A DNA stretch of 64,000 nt from Candidatus Peribacteraceae bacterium (GCA_041661065.1 JBAZVD010000001.1:441417-505416), one strand, 5' to 3'; numbered from the stretch's first letter, positions 17,216 to 26,660 are shown. A program made the numbers and translations. The notes: a model not told the origin generated them from the letters alone.

Positions 17216-17611
17216 ATGTACGGACATCCGCCCTCTCCGGAGGATATTCAAAAATTCTGTGACCGTCCCGGATCACGATGCGATAGAGTGAAAGCAGACG
17301 GGACATGCACGGTGGACAGGTTCAAGAGGGCGGAAAAAAGGACGGGACAGCTCTTTCAGGAATTGATGAAATTGGAAGATCTTCTCGCAGCAATGCGAAA
17401 AGCGTTCACGAAGAGTCTGGGTGAGGCCCAGACAAGCCTGTTCGTCGAACATGTCGATCGTAATCGTACGGCCATTCATTTGGGTTGGACTCTCCAGCAG
17501 AGGAGTGTCGACAATGGCATTTGCATCTTCTCAATCGTCAACGGTGTAAGAGGCAGTCTTTCCGAGTGCGGATTTTGCGCCGATCAAGCAGATGCCGCGG
17601 ATGCAGGGTAA
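17216..17611 (+). CDS. Hypothetical protein with an N-terminal F-C-x6-C-x8-C motif (paralogue A)
   Basis: 'DIQKFCDRPGSRCDRVKADGTC'. The region is AT-richer than its surroundings. Confidence 0.5.
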   Translation: MYGHPPSPEDIQKFCDRPGSRCDRVKADGTCTVDRFKRAEKRTGQLFQELMKLEDLLAAMRKAFTKSLGEAQTSLFVEHVDRNRTAIHLGWTLQQRSVDNGICIFSIVNGVRGSLSECGFCADQADAADAG

Positions 17612-17711
17612 CCATGGTTTCATGTTTCATGAGAGGTACAATGACAGTCGTACGGCATACGGAAGATCATACGGAAGTATCCCAGACCTACTCTTCATCA
17701 TTCGCTCTCCC

Positions 17712-18050
17712 ATGTTTACGAACGAACATTCCATTACGAAGGCGGACATCCGCGCGTTCTGCGCGCAGGACGGGGAGAAGTGTGACCATTACCGGAACGA
17801 CGGAACCTGCGACAAGGATAAGAAGATCCTGACGGATGCACAGGAGCGGAGGATCATGCCGATGAGAGTCCACGAGGCGTACAGACTCGTGCAGACGATC
17901 CTCACAAGACCGATCAGCCAGCAGCAACAGCGTGTGCGTGCGAAGTTATGCAGATATGCGATGAAGGACGGCGCATCGGGAACGATGGATGCCGAAGGAT
18001 TTACGCCGGTGATTGATATCGAATTGTTTCGGTACATCGATACGGAATGA
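17712..18050 (+). CDS. Hypothetical protein with an N-terminal F-C-x6-C-x8-C motif (paralogue B)
   Basis: 'DIRAFCAQDGEKCDHYRNDGTC'. The ATG at 17712 lies inside ORF 17592..18050. Confidence 0.5.
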   Translation: MFTNEHSITKADIRAFCAQDGEKCDHYRNDGTCDKDKKILTDAQERRIMPMRVHEAYRLVQTILTRPISQQQQRVRAKLCRYAMKDGASGTMDAEGFTPVIDIELFRYIDTE

Positions 18051-18068
18051 ACATGATACGATACGGCC

Positions 18069-19250
18069 ATGTTCACGTTGGTTACGGCGAACGCCGAAGG
18101 GAGGCGCGGCAGGTTGATAACGGCGCATGGTGTGCTGGAAACGCCGTTCTTCATGCCGGTGGGGACGGCGGGGGCCATGAAGGGATTGACGCATGAGGAC
18201 CTGCTTGCGCTGGGGGCGGAGGTTCTCCTCTGCAACACGTACCACCTTCACATCCGCCCCGGGGAGGACGTTGTGGCAGATGCCGGAGGGCTCCATGCGT
18301 TCATCAATTGGGAGAAGCCGATCCTCACGGATTCGGGAGGCTTCCAGGTCTTCTCCCTTGAGGCATTGCGGAAGGTGACGGATGAAGGTGTTTCCTTTCA
18401 ATCGCACCTCGACGGCGCCCCCCTCTTCCTCGGCCCCGAAGAAGCGATGGAGATCCAGCACAGGCTGGGTTCGGACATCATCATGTGTTTCGACCAGTGT
18501 CCGCCGTCCAAAGCGCCCCGTGCGGAGATCGAAGCGGCGGTTGAGCGGACGATCAAGTGGGCGGCTGAGTGTAAACGTGTTCATGAGCGGTGGAGGAATC
18601 AGAAGATGCAGAAGATGCAGAAGAAGCAGAGGAACAATCACCGTTCTGTTTCCGAAGAGAATAGCTGCCATTCCTCTGACTCTTCTGATTCCTCTGAATC
18701 CTCTGCATCCACCCCATTACTCTTCGCCATTGTCCAAGGAGGCCTGCACCGTGACCTTCGCAAAAAATGCGCGGAAGAGCTCATCGCCATCGGCTTCGAC
18801 GGGTACGCCATCGGTGGGCTGGCCGTTGGTGAGGAGGAGGACGAAATGTTCGGCGTCCTCGATGACGTGTGCCCCCTGCTCCCCAAGGACAAGCCGCGGT
18901 ACCTGATGGGCGTGGGGAGGATCAGCCAAATGGTGACGGCGGTTTCCAAAGGGATCGATATGTTCGATTCCGTACTGCCCATGCGCGAAGCGCGGCACGG
19001 CACCATCTACCTTTCTGACGGCTCGACGATCCGTATCCTCAACAACAAATTCGTGCACGACCATTCCCCCATCGATCCCCACTCCCCTTCCCCCTTCTCC
19101 CGCACATACAAGAAGAGCTACCTCAACCACCTGATGCGTTCGGGCGAGAGGCTCGGGGAAACCATTGCGTGCATGCAGAACATGGGGATGACGCTGATGG
19201 AGATACGAAAGTTGAGGGAGAGCACTATCGCACAGGGGAATGCAAAATGA
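18069..19250 (+). CDS. tgt: Queuine/preQ1 tRNA-ribosyltransferase homologue, a zinc-ligand-less variant with an insertion
   Basis: 'GRRGRLITAHGVLETPFFMPVGT', 'ILTDSGGFQVFSL', 'GSDIIMCFDQC', 'GGLAVGE' and 'YLMGVG...GIDMFDSV' are all present. The CxCxxC...H positions read S-x-S-x-x-S...Q. Confidence 0.88.
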   Translation: MFTLVTANAEGRRGRLITAHGVLETPFFMPVGTAGAMKGLTHEDLLALGAEVLLCNTYHLHIRPGEDVVADAGGLHAFINWEKPILTDSGGFQVFSLEALRKVTDEGVSFQSHLDGAPLFLGPEEAMEIQHRLGSDIIMCFDQCPPSKAPRAEIEAAVERTIKWAAECKRVHERWRNQKMQKMQKKQRNNHRSVSEENSCHSSDSSDSSESSASTPLLFAIVQGGLHRDLRKKCAEELIAIGFDGYAIGGLAVGEEEDEMFGVLDDVCPLLPKDKPRYLMGVGRISQMVTAVSKGIDMFDSVLPMREARHGTIYLSDGSTIRILNNKFVHDHSPIDPHSPSPFSRTYKKSYLNHLMRSGERLGETIACMQNMGMTLMEIRKLRESTIAQGNAK

Positions 19251-19330
19251 GAAATGTGAAATGCAAAATGAAAAAAACGGTGACAAGTGATACCCGCATC
19301 ATTTAACATTTTGCATTTCCAATTTCACAT
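19251..19330. terminator. Long low-complexity hairpin exactly filling the convergent tgt/rplU spacer
   Basis: 'gaaatgtgaaatgcaaaatg' (19251-19270) pairs with 'cattttgcatttccaatttcacat' (19307-19330). Confidence 0.6.
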
Positions 19331-19644
19331 TATTTCGTCGTGATCACCGTTACCTCAATCTCCGTAAAATCCTGCCTGTGGCCATACACACGGCGGTAGC
19401 GCTTGCGGCGGTGCGCCTTCTGCACGCGGACTTTCTCTCCCTTCCCGACACTCAGGATCTTCGCGCCGATCGTTGCGCCTTCCACGAAGGGCGTTCCCAG
19501 CGTAATGGCGTCGCCATCGGCTATGAGAAGGACCTTCTCGAACGTGACAGAGGCACCCGTGTCGCCCTTCAGCAGAGGCACCTTGAGTTTCATACCCTTC
19601 TCCACTTTTTCCTGGAACCCGGCGATGTCTACGATTGCGTACAT
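19330..19644 (-). CDS. rplU: 50S ribosomal protein L21
   Basis: 'MYAIVDIAGFQEKVEKGMKLKVP...KVRVQKAHRRKRYRRVYGHRQ'. Confidence 0.92.
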   Translation of the reverse strand: MYAIVDIAGFQEKVEKGMKLKVPLLKGDTGASVTFEKVLLIADGDAITLGTPFVEGATIGAKILSVGKGEKVRVQKAHRRKRYRRVYGHRQDFTEIEVTVITTK

Positions 19645-19755
19645 GGTAAAAGAAGGAGAAATGCCGAATGAGTCTAGGGAAAACAGCAGGCCGGAGCAAG
19701 GGAATATGCACCTCCCTCACCCTTCCTGCAGGCGGAGGGTTAATCCGTTAAAGAA

Positions 19756-19784
19756 TTGAACAAGGATCGGAAGATTCGTATACT
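19756..19784 (+). promoter_or_regulatory. Sigma70-like promoter (TTGAAC, 17 nt, TATACT) 10 nt upstream of the ATG at 19795
   Basis: TTGAAC at 19756-19761, a 17-nt spacer, TATACT at 19779-19784. Confidence 0.5.
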
Positions 19785-19794
19785 GTGCGCTCAC

Positions 19795-20226
19795 ATGAAG
19801 AAAGCCCTCGTCTCCCTCTTCGGCCTCTCCGTGTTGCTGGGCAACGTCTGTCTGATGGACGCCAGCTTTGCGGCCGGTCCTGCAACGGGCTCCCCCCCCA
19901 TGATGGAGCACGCGGCGCAAGTGCATCATGCCGTGCGATCTACTGACAGCTGTACGGAGAACGTTTGTTTGGAACCCGATGCCGGGGAGAACGCGATGGA
20001 ATCGGACGAGCCGGATTGTACGGAAGGACAATGTGTGAGGGGTGGGGCGCAGGACGGGAGGGCATCATTCCTCGCACCCTTGAGTGTCCCCGAACCGGAC
20101 ACCACGGGCTTCATCGACACGCTCATTACCCAGGCACTGCTCATCACCGGTCCGCGGCCGTTCGTGCAACCCGTGGTGGAACGCGGAATCCTGTGGCCCA
20201 TCATGACGGTCGTCATGCGTCAGTAG
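19795..20226 (+). CDS. Secreted His/Met/Cys-containing small protein, first gene of the copper cluster
   Basis: Signal peptide 'MKKALVSLFGLSVLLGNVCLMDASFA', then 'PPMMEHAAQVHHAV' and four Cys. The ORF opens at 19756. Confidence 0.55.
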   Translation: MKKALVSLFGLSVLLGNVCLMDASFAAGPATGSPPMMEHAAQVHHAVRSTDSCTENVCLEPDAGENAMESDEPDCTEGQCVRGGAQDGRASFLAPLSVPEPDTTGFIDTLITQALLITGPRPFVQPVVERGILWPIMTVVMRQ

Positions 20227-20292
20227 AGGGGACTCTGTATCCCTGCGCGGCGCACGCCGATGCGGGGACTCTATTTGCGTTCCCCTTTTCCC

Positions 20293-21660
20293 ATGTCAAA
20301 GAATCATCAACAGGACGTCGTCACTGCGCACTTCCGCATCGTAGGTATGCACTGCGCCAGTTGCGAGCTTCTCCTGGAGCGGAAACTCAAAGCGCTTCCG
20401 GGCATCACCGGCGTATCGGTGAACCACAGGACGGGCAAAGCCGCGCTCAGCGCGGATGCGGCGCATCCCCCTTCCCCTGAGCGGATCGAAGAGACCATAC
20501 GTGCGGCGGGATACCGCATAGCGGATGCCGATTCGTCAGACGCCCTTCCCGTGGAAGCGGACAAGACGAAATGGAAGGAAATCGGCGCATCGCTCGTCAT
20601 TCTCTTCGCGCTGTGGAAACTCCTGCAAGCGTTCGATCTCACGTCCCTCCTGCCGGATACCACCGGCGGCGCCGTGGGCTTGGGCGGTGTGCTGCTCATC
20701 GGCCTCGTCGCCGGCACGTCCAGTTGCCTGGCGGTGACGGGAGGCCTGCTCCTCGCCATCGCGGGGAAGTACAACGAGGCGAACCGGTCGCAGACGGCGT
20801 GGCAGAAGTTCCAGCCCCTCCTCCGGTTCAACATCGGCCGCCTCGCATCCTACTTCGTACTCGGCGGCGTGGTGGGCCTCATCGGGCAATCCATCACCAT
20901 CAGCGCGCGGATGACGGGCGTCATGAATCTTGCGGTGGCATTCATCATGCTGTGGCTCGCCCTTTCCATGCTGGGTTTGCTTCCCAAGCAATCGTTCATA
21001 AGGCCGCCAAAGCGCCTCTCCCATTGGATCGCCGGACTGGCGGAGCACTCCCATCCGCTCGCCCCCTTCGCGCTGGGCGCACTCACGTTCTTCCTGCCCT
21101 GCGGGTTCACGCAGTCGCTGCAGCTCGTAGCGCTCGCTTCCGGAAACGTTGTAACCGGGGCACTCACCATGTTCGTCTTCGCGCTGGGCACGCTCCCCTC
21201 CCTGCTCGGCATCAGCGCCGTAAGTTCCACGGCCAAGGGAACGGGGCGGCGACTGTTCCTGCGCTTCGCGGGGACGCTCGTCCTCGTCCTCGCGCTCTAC
21301 AACGGAAACAACGCGCTCGCGCTCAACGGCATCGACCTGGGAGGCATGTTCTTCCCGGGGCAATCCGGCGCGGCGGCTTTTGCCGTGGAGAAGGACGGAA
21401 AACAGGAAGTGCGCATGGCCGTCCAGAGCTACCGGTACCAACCGGACACGCTCACCATCAAAGCGGGCGTGCCCGTCCGCTGGGTGGTGGACGGGACGGG
21501 CGCCTCGGGTTGCACCAGCGCCATCGTCATCCCCTCACTCGACGTCTTCCGTGTGCTCGAACGCGGCGAGAATGTGATTGAATTCACCGCAACGAAAACG
21601 GGAAAGCTGCCTTTTAGCTGTTCCATGGGGATGGTACGCGGTACCTTTACCGTCATCTAA
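20293..21660 (+). CDS. Fusion protein: HMA metal-binding domain, a multi-pass DsbD/TauE-like membrane domain and a C-terminal cupredoxin-like domain
   Basis: 'FRIVGMHCASCELLLERKL' (MxCxxC), about six TM helices with 'FFLPCGF', and a C-terminal 'YQPDTLTIKAGVPVRWVVDG...LPFSCSMGMVRGTFTVI'. Confidence 0.8.
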   Translation: MSKNHQQDVVTAHFRIVGMHCASCELLLERKLKALPGITGVSVNHRTGKAALSADAAHPPSPERIEETIRAAGYRIADADSSDALPVEADKTKWKEIGASLVILFALWKLLQAFDLTSLLPDTTGGAVGLGGVLLIGLVAGTSSCLAVTGGLLLAIAGKYNEANRSQTAWQKFQPLLRFNIGRLASYFVLGGVVGLIGQSITISARMTGVMNLAVAFIMLWLALSMLGLLPKQSFIRPPKRLSHWIAGLAEHSHPLAPFALGALTFFLPCGFTQSLQLVALASGNVVTGALTMFVFALGTLPSLLGISAVSSTAKGTGRRLFLRFAGTLVLVLALYNGNNALALNGIDLGGMFFPGQSGAAAFAVEKDGKQEVRMAVQSYRYQPDTLTIKAGVPVRWVVDGTGASGCTSAIVIPSLDVFRVLERGENVIEFTATKTGKLPFSCSMGMVRGTFTVI

Positions 21661-21706
21661 GATGTTCCATCGTCTATTTCACTTTTTACTTCATTCATTT
21701 CCCACC

Positions 21707-22480
21707 ATGAACGCAGTGCAATGGCAGAAATCATCGTCATCCTCAAAAGACCCTTCCCCCAAGAGCGCGTCCTCCAAGCATTCCTCCAACATCTGGTTTC
21801 CCGTCTCCCTGGGGCTCATCGGCGTCATCGTCGGTTACACCATCGGGAATTGGACACAGGTGACGGGAAGCCTCGCACTCGATCCGAACGGGGTTCCGTC
21901 CGTGCAGGAGGATCAGCAATCGTCCCCACCCCGGTATGAAGATATGCCGGCAGTGGACTTTACAAAGGACCACTTCAAAGGGAATACGGACGCCGACATC
22001 GCCCTTGTGGAATACACGGACTACGAATGTCCCTACTGCAGAAGCGCACATCCCACGCTGGAGCAGCTTGAAGCCGATTACGGCGGTAAAGTCGTGTGGG
22101 TACTGCGCCAGTTTCCGCTCACGAGCATCCATCCCAACGCGCTGCCTGCGGCGGAAGCGTCGGAATGCGTCGCGGAGCTCGGCGGGAACGACTCATTCTG
22201 GACGTTCACGAACGCCGTCATGACGCAGCAAGACGCCTTCGGTAAGCTTCCGGAACTGGCCCAAACGGCGGGAGTGGACGGCGCGGTGTTCACCGCATGC
22301 ATCGAAAGCGGCAAGTATAAGCAGGAAATCCAGGATGAGAGCGCCGCGGGGTCTGCGGCAGGGGTGCAAGGGACACCCGCGACCTTCGTGGTGAACCTCA
22401 AGACGCAGGAGACGCAGTTTGTCAGCGGAGCGCAGTCCTACGAGGGCTTCAAGTCCGTCATCGATTCCATGTTGTTGTAA
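21707..22480 (+). CDS. Membrane-anchored DsbA-family thiol:disulfide oxidoreductase (CPYC)
   Basis: 'IWFPVSLGLIGVIVGY' (TM) and 'VEYTDYECPYCRSAHPTL...FPLTSIHP...ASECVAEL'. An alternative start is at 21662. Confidence 0.85.
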   Translation: MNAVQWQKSSSSSKDPSPKSASSKHSSNIWFPVSLGLIGVIVGYTIGNWTQVTGSLALDPNGVPSVQEDQQSSPPRYEDMPAVDFTKDHFKGNTDADIALVEYTDYECPYCRSAHPTLEQLEADYGGKVVWVLRQFPLTSIHPNALPAAEASECVAELGGNDSFWTFTNAVMTQQDAFGKLPELAQTAGVDGAVFTACIESGKYKQEIQDESAAGSAAGVQGTPATFVVNLKTQETQFVSGAQSYEGFKSVIDSMLL

Positions 22481-22486
22481 ATCCCC

Positions 22487-22720
22487 TTGTTATCCATGCA
22501 AACCACTGTTTCCATCCCCGGCATGCATTGCGCGTCCTGCGCGGCGCTCGTGAAGGATGTCACGTCCGCATTCCCGGAGATACGGCACATTGAAGTGGAT
22601 TTGGAGACGCGGCGCGTGACGATGGAGCATGACGATGCGTTCACCATCGAACATTGGAAGGACGAAGTGCAGGGATTGGGGGAGGAATACACGGTGTATC
22701 CCGTCGCCTCGAACGCCTGA
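22487..22720 (+). CDS. copZ: Copper chaperone, HMA domain
   Basis: 77 aa with '[18 protein letters not shown]'. Confidence 0.85.
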   Translation: MLSMQTTVSIPGMHCASCAALVKDVTSAFPEIRHIEVDLETRRVTMEHDDAFTIEHWKDEVQGLGEEYTVYPVASNA

Positions 22721-22830
22721 CGGGATAATGGAAGGGCGTACGGAAACCGCTGAACTGCGGCCGCCCTTCCTACGTCTTGCCGATCCGATCCTATACCTGT
22801 ATCCTAGGTACGATCGTCACCCCCGCTTTC

Positions 22831-23103
22831 ATGAATCCCCAGAAGAAGAAAACGCTCATCGCGCTGCGCAAGGCACGGACGCTCCTCTCCGTGGTCGAAC
22901 GGATGGTGCAGAAGGATGAGTACTGCATCGACATCATGCAGCAGACGCTCGCCTCCATCGGCTTGCTCAAGGGAGTGCACGCAAAACTCATGGAAGGGCA
23001 CCTGGACAGCTGTTTCATCAATGCCATGAGGGCGCGCAATAGCCAACAGAAAGAGAGAATGATCAAGGAGATCCTCACGGTGTCGAAGCTGGCGAACAAG
23101 TGA
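22831..23103 (+). CDS. csoR: CsoR/RcnR-family metal-sensing transcriptional repressor
   Basis: 'LIALRKARTLLSVVERMVQKDEYCIDIMQQ...LMEGHLDSCF' carries the C...H-x3-C ligand pattern. The ORF opens at 22777. Confidence 0.85.
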   Translation: MNPQKKKTLIALRKARTLLSVVERMVQKDEYCIDIMQQTLASIGLLKGVHAKLMEGHLDSCFINAMRARNSQQKERMIKEILTVSKLANK

Positions 23104-23243
23104 GCGCCGATAACCTGTGAGGCCTGACGAAGAGTATTGAGTAAGGATCGTAAAACCTGTTCGGGTTTATGACCACCCCCCCAGGTGCATTGACTACGCA
23201 GGATCTCGACACTATTCTGGCAGTGTCCTTTCTTTTCATCCCC

Positions 23244-25592
23244 ATGGAACGCGTATCCCTTTCGCTCTCCGGCATGCACTGCGCGTCCTGCGCCCTGCTC
23301 ATCGAGAGAGGCTTGAAGAAAACACCGGGTGTGCAACAGGCGAACGTCAACTTTGCAGCCGAAAAGGCATCCATCCTCTTCGACACGTCCGCGGTGCATG
23401 TGGAGGACCTTCTCCTCGCCGTGAAGAAAGCGGGTTATGCAGCCGTACTCGTGGACGAGAAGGACAGGGATTACGAACGGAAGAAGCGCGAGGCGGAGAT
23501 CCGCGGATACCGCGACAGGCTCATCGTTGGCGCGGTTTTCAGCATCCCGATGCTCTACTTCATGATGTTGGATTTCTTTCCATCCCTCCCCGGAGGTTCG
23601 TTCCTCTTTCCTTATGTAGGGATCGCATCCCTGCTTCTCACGACGCCGGTCCAATTCATCATAGGCGCGGGTTTCTACAAGGGCATGTGGTCCAGCCTCA
23701 AGATGAAGACATTCAATATGGACAGCCTGATTGCCATAGGGACCTCAACCGCATTCGTTTACAGCGCAGTCAACTTCTTCCTCTACGTCGCAAGGATGGG
23801 ATCGGTGCTCGGCCAGGGTGGCGATAAGATCCCGGAACTCTACTTCGAAACGGCAGCATTCCTCATCACCTTCGTCATTCTCGGCAAGTGGCTGGAAGCG
23901 AAGGCGAAAGGGCAGGTATCCGACGCCATCCGCAAGCTCATGAACCTGCAAGCGAGGAGTGCACGCGTGGTGCGCGGTGGGAAGACACTCGACATCCCCG
24001 TGGAGGAAGTGGTCGCGGGGGATACTATCGTCGTGCGACCCGGCGAAACGGTCCCCGTGGACGGGACGATCGTGAAGGGTAGGTCGTCCGTGGATGAATC
24101 ACTGCTCACGGGGGAGAGCATCCCCGTGGAGAAGAACCCCGGCGACCGCGTCATCGGCGCAACGCTCAACAAGAACGGTGGGTTTGAATACCGGGCGGAG
24201 AAAGTGGGCGCGGATACCATGCTCGCGCAGATCATCCGCCTTGTGGAGGAAGCGCAGGGTTCGCGCGCGCCCATCCAGGCTTTTGCGGACCGCATTGCAG
24301 CCTGGTTCGTTCCCGCGGTCATCATCATCGCCATCCTCACGTTCGCCGTCTGGTTCGCGCTGGGGTCTTCCCTCAGCTTCGCGCTCATGGCCTTTACGGC
24401 GGTGATCGTGATCGCCTGCCCGTGCGCATTGGGTCTCGCCACGCCCACGGCCATCATGGTTGGCACGGGGAAGGGCGCACAGCAGGGCATCCTCATCAAG
24501 GGCGGGGAACCGCTGGAAGCGGCGGACAAGATCACGGCGATCGTCTTCGACAAGACGGGGACGCTCACCAAGGGGAAGCCGGAAGTCACGGACGTGGTGG
24601 CCGCGGGAGCGATGGGGACAGACGAGGTCCTCACAATCGCAGCCAGCCTGGAGCGTTCCTCCGAACATCCTCTGGCGGAAGCCATTTACGCGTATGCGCA
24701 GGGGAAAGGCATCGCGCTGCGGGATGTGACGGAGTTCACTGCCGTTCCGGGGCAAGGGATTCAGGCGCAGATCGTCGGTGTCACGTACTTCTTCGGAAAC
24801 CGGATGATGGTCGGGAAAGGTGCGGCAGCGTTGACCGAAACGCTGGAGAAGACGCTGCAGGAGCTGGAGGAACAGGGGAAGACGGCGATGGTCTTGGCGA
24901 CGAAGGAGGCGGTGCTCGGTATCGTCGCCGTCGCCGATACCCTTAAAGAAACAACGAAGGAGGCGGTGGACCGATTGCGGCGCATGAAGATCGCCACGTA
25001 CATGATCACGGGTGACAACGAGAGGACGGCGCGCGCCATTGCGGGACAAATCGGGATGGAGAACGTGCTTGCGGAAGTGTTGCCCGCAGACAAGGCGCAG
25101 GCAGTGAAGAAACTGCAGGAAGCGGGGCATAGTGTTGCCATGGTCGGCGACGGCATCAACGACGCCCCCGCGCTGGCGCAGGCGGAACTGGGCATCGCCA
25201 TGGGTTCGGGGACGGATGTGGCCATGGAGACGGGCGGTATCGTCATCATACGGAACGACCTGCGCGATGTGATCACCGCCATCAGGCTCTCTCGCGAGAC
25301 CATGGGAAAGATCAAACAGAATATGTTCTTCGCCCTCTTTTACAACGTGATCGGCATCCCCATAGCGGCTCGCGCCCTCTATCCCCTCCTCGGCTTGGTT
25401 CTCCGGCCGGAACTGGCGGGGTTGGCCATGGCATTCAGTTCCGTATCCGTGGTCACCAATTCTCTCCTCATACGCTTCTTCCGTCCCGGACGCATCAACT
25501 GGCTCTCCGCCCTTGCGCCCGCCGTGATGGTCGTAGGTTTCACGGCCCTCTTCCTCGGTTTTGCGGTCTTCAGTTCCGGCCGCATGTCGTGA
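23244..25592 (+). CDS. copA: Copper-translocating P1B-type ATPase
   Basis: N-terminal HMA '[14 protein letters not shown]', with 'TGESIPVEK', '[10 protein letters not shown]', 'FDKTGTLT', 'ITGDN' and '[11 protein letters not shown]'. The ORF opens at 23169. Confidence 0.93.
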   Translation: MERVSLSLSGMHCASCALLIERGLKKTPGVQQANVNFAAEKASILFDTSAVHVEDLLLAVKKAGYAAVLVDEKDRDYERKKREAEIRGYRDRLIVGAVFSIPMLYFMMLDFFPSLPGGSFLFPYVGIASLLLTTPVQFIIGAGFYKGMWSSLKMKTFNMDSLIAIGTSTAFVYSAVNFFLYVARMGSVLGQGGDKIPELYFETAAFLITFVILGKWLEAKAKGQVSDAIRKLMNLQARSARVVRGGKTLDIPVEEVVAGDTIVVRPGETVPVDGTIVKGRSSVDESLLTGESIPVEKNPGDRVIGATLNKNGGFEYRAEKVGADTMLAQIIRLVEEAQGSRAPIQAFADRIAAWFVPAVIIIAILTFAVWFALGSSLSFALMAFTAVIVIACPCALGLATPTAIMVGTGKGAQQGILIKGGEPLEAADKITAIVFDKTGTLTKGKPEVTDVVAAGAMGTDEVLTIAASLERSSEHPLAEAIYAYAQGKGIALRDVTEFTAVPGQGIQAQIVGVTYFFGNRMMVGKGAAALTETLEKTLQELEEQGKTAMVLATKEAVLGIVAVADTLKETTKEAVDRLRRMKIATYMITGDNERTARAIAGQIGMENVLAEVLPADKAQAVKKLQEAGHSVAMVGDGINDAPALAQAELGIAMGSGTDVAMETGGIVIIRNDLRDVITAIRLSRETMGKIKQNMFFALFYNVIGIPIAARALYPLLGLVLRPELAGLAMAFSSVSVVTNSLLIRFFRPGRINWLSALAPAVMVVGFTALFLGFAVFSSGRMS

Positions 25593-25617
25593 AGACATGT
25601 GTCACGGAGCTCGTTGC

Positions 25618-26559
25618 TCAAAGAATGGCATTGAACAGGTAGCCGGTGATGATGATCCCCGCGCCCACCGTCCCGAAGAACAGGAAGAGCAGCTTGAGCT
25701 TCATCACGCGTCGGAGGATGAGGAATTCCGGCAGGGAGAGGCCGGTGACGGCCATCATAAAGGCGAGGACGGTGCCGATGGCAACGCCCTTCTCCGTGAG
25801 CACGGAGACCAGCGGCATGATGCCGGCGGCGTTGGAGTAGAGCGGGATGCCGATGAGAACGGCGACGATGACGGCGAAGGGGTTCCCCTCCCCCGCGACG
25901 CTCGCCAAGAAGTCCTGCGGCACATACCCGTGAATGCCCGCCCCGATGCCGACGCCGATGACGATGTACAGCCACACGCGGCGGAAGATCATGAGCGTGT
26001 AATTGCGGGCGTACGTGAGGCGGTCCTCCCACGTATTCCACTGCTGGGCGAACTTCCTGTCCACGCCCTCTCGCGAGAGGGGCAAGAGGAGCGTCTCCGC
26101 TTTCAGCGACCCCAGGAAAAGCCCCGCGAGTATGGCGATGAGGAGGCCGCTCCCGATGTAGAGGAGCGTGACGCGCCAACCGAACAGCCCCAACAGCATG
26201 ACGAGTGCCACTTCATTGATCATCGGCGAAGCCACGAGGAAGGTGAATGTGACGGAGAGCGGCACGCCGGCCTCCAGGAAGCCCAGGAAGAGCGGGATGG
26301 CGGAACACGTGCAGAAAGGCGTCACGATGCCGAAGAGACCAGCGAAGAGATGGCCCGTCATGCGACGGCCGGAGAGGAAGCGCCGGATGCGCTCCGGGGG
26401 GAGGAACGTACGGAGGACGGATACCGTGAAGACGATGGCGATGAGCAGCAGGAAAATCTTCAAAATATCCGCGATGAAGAAATGGATGGCTGCGCCCAAG
26501 TGGCTCTCCAGCGGGATACCGACTGTGGTCACGACGAACGAAGCGGCGGCATCAAGCAT
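25618..26559 (-). CDS. Permease of the COG0701/ArsP-like family
   Basis: About eight TM helices. 'PFCTCSAIPLFLGF' and 'PLYSNAAG' are typical of this permease family. Confidence 0.75.
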   Translation of the reverse strand: MLDAAASFVVTTVGIPLESHLGAAIHFFIADILKIFLLLIAIVFTVSVLRTFLPPERIRRFLSGRRMTGHLFAGLFGIVTPFCTCSAIPLFLGFLEAGVPLSVTFTFLVASPMINEVALVMLLGLFGWRVTLLYIGSGLLIAILAGLFLGSLKAETLLLPLSREGVDRKFAQQWNTWEDRLTYARNYTLMIFRRVWLYIVIGVGIGAGIHGYVPQDFLASVAGEGNPFAVIVAVLIGIPLYSNAAGIMPLVSVLTEKGVAIGTVLAFMMAVTGLSLPEFLILRRVMKLKLLFLFFGTVGAGIIITGYLFNAIL

Positions 26560-26660
26560 GGATGCAGTATGGCATACATCTCCTTCCTTCGGAACGCTTC
26601 GCGGTAAGTCTCCCGCCTTCCAAGCGTCATGGTATGCGCAACTTCTTACCCCAATGCGCT

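Noticed and set aside
18900-18970. Apparent loss of the Tgt catalytic nucleophile ('GVGRISQ' in place of 'GVGKPED')
   Set aside because: On re-indexing against Zymomonas numbering (L231/A232, M260, D280), the nucleophile is the Asp of 'GIDMFD', which is conserved here. Only the zinc ligands are lost.
20571-21581. Several long alternative-frame or antisense ORFs inside the copper island (20536..21441 -, 20571..21581 +, 24099..25598 -, 25561..26607 +, 25379..26179 -)
   Set aside because: All overlap genes that carry unmistakable HMA, P-type ATPase or permease motifs. They translate to Arg/Gly/Pro/His-rich junk.
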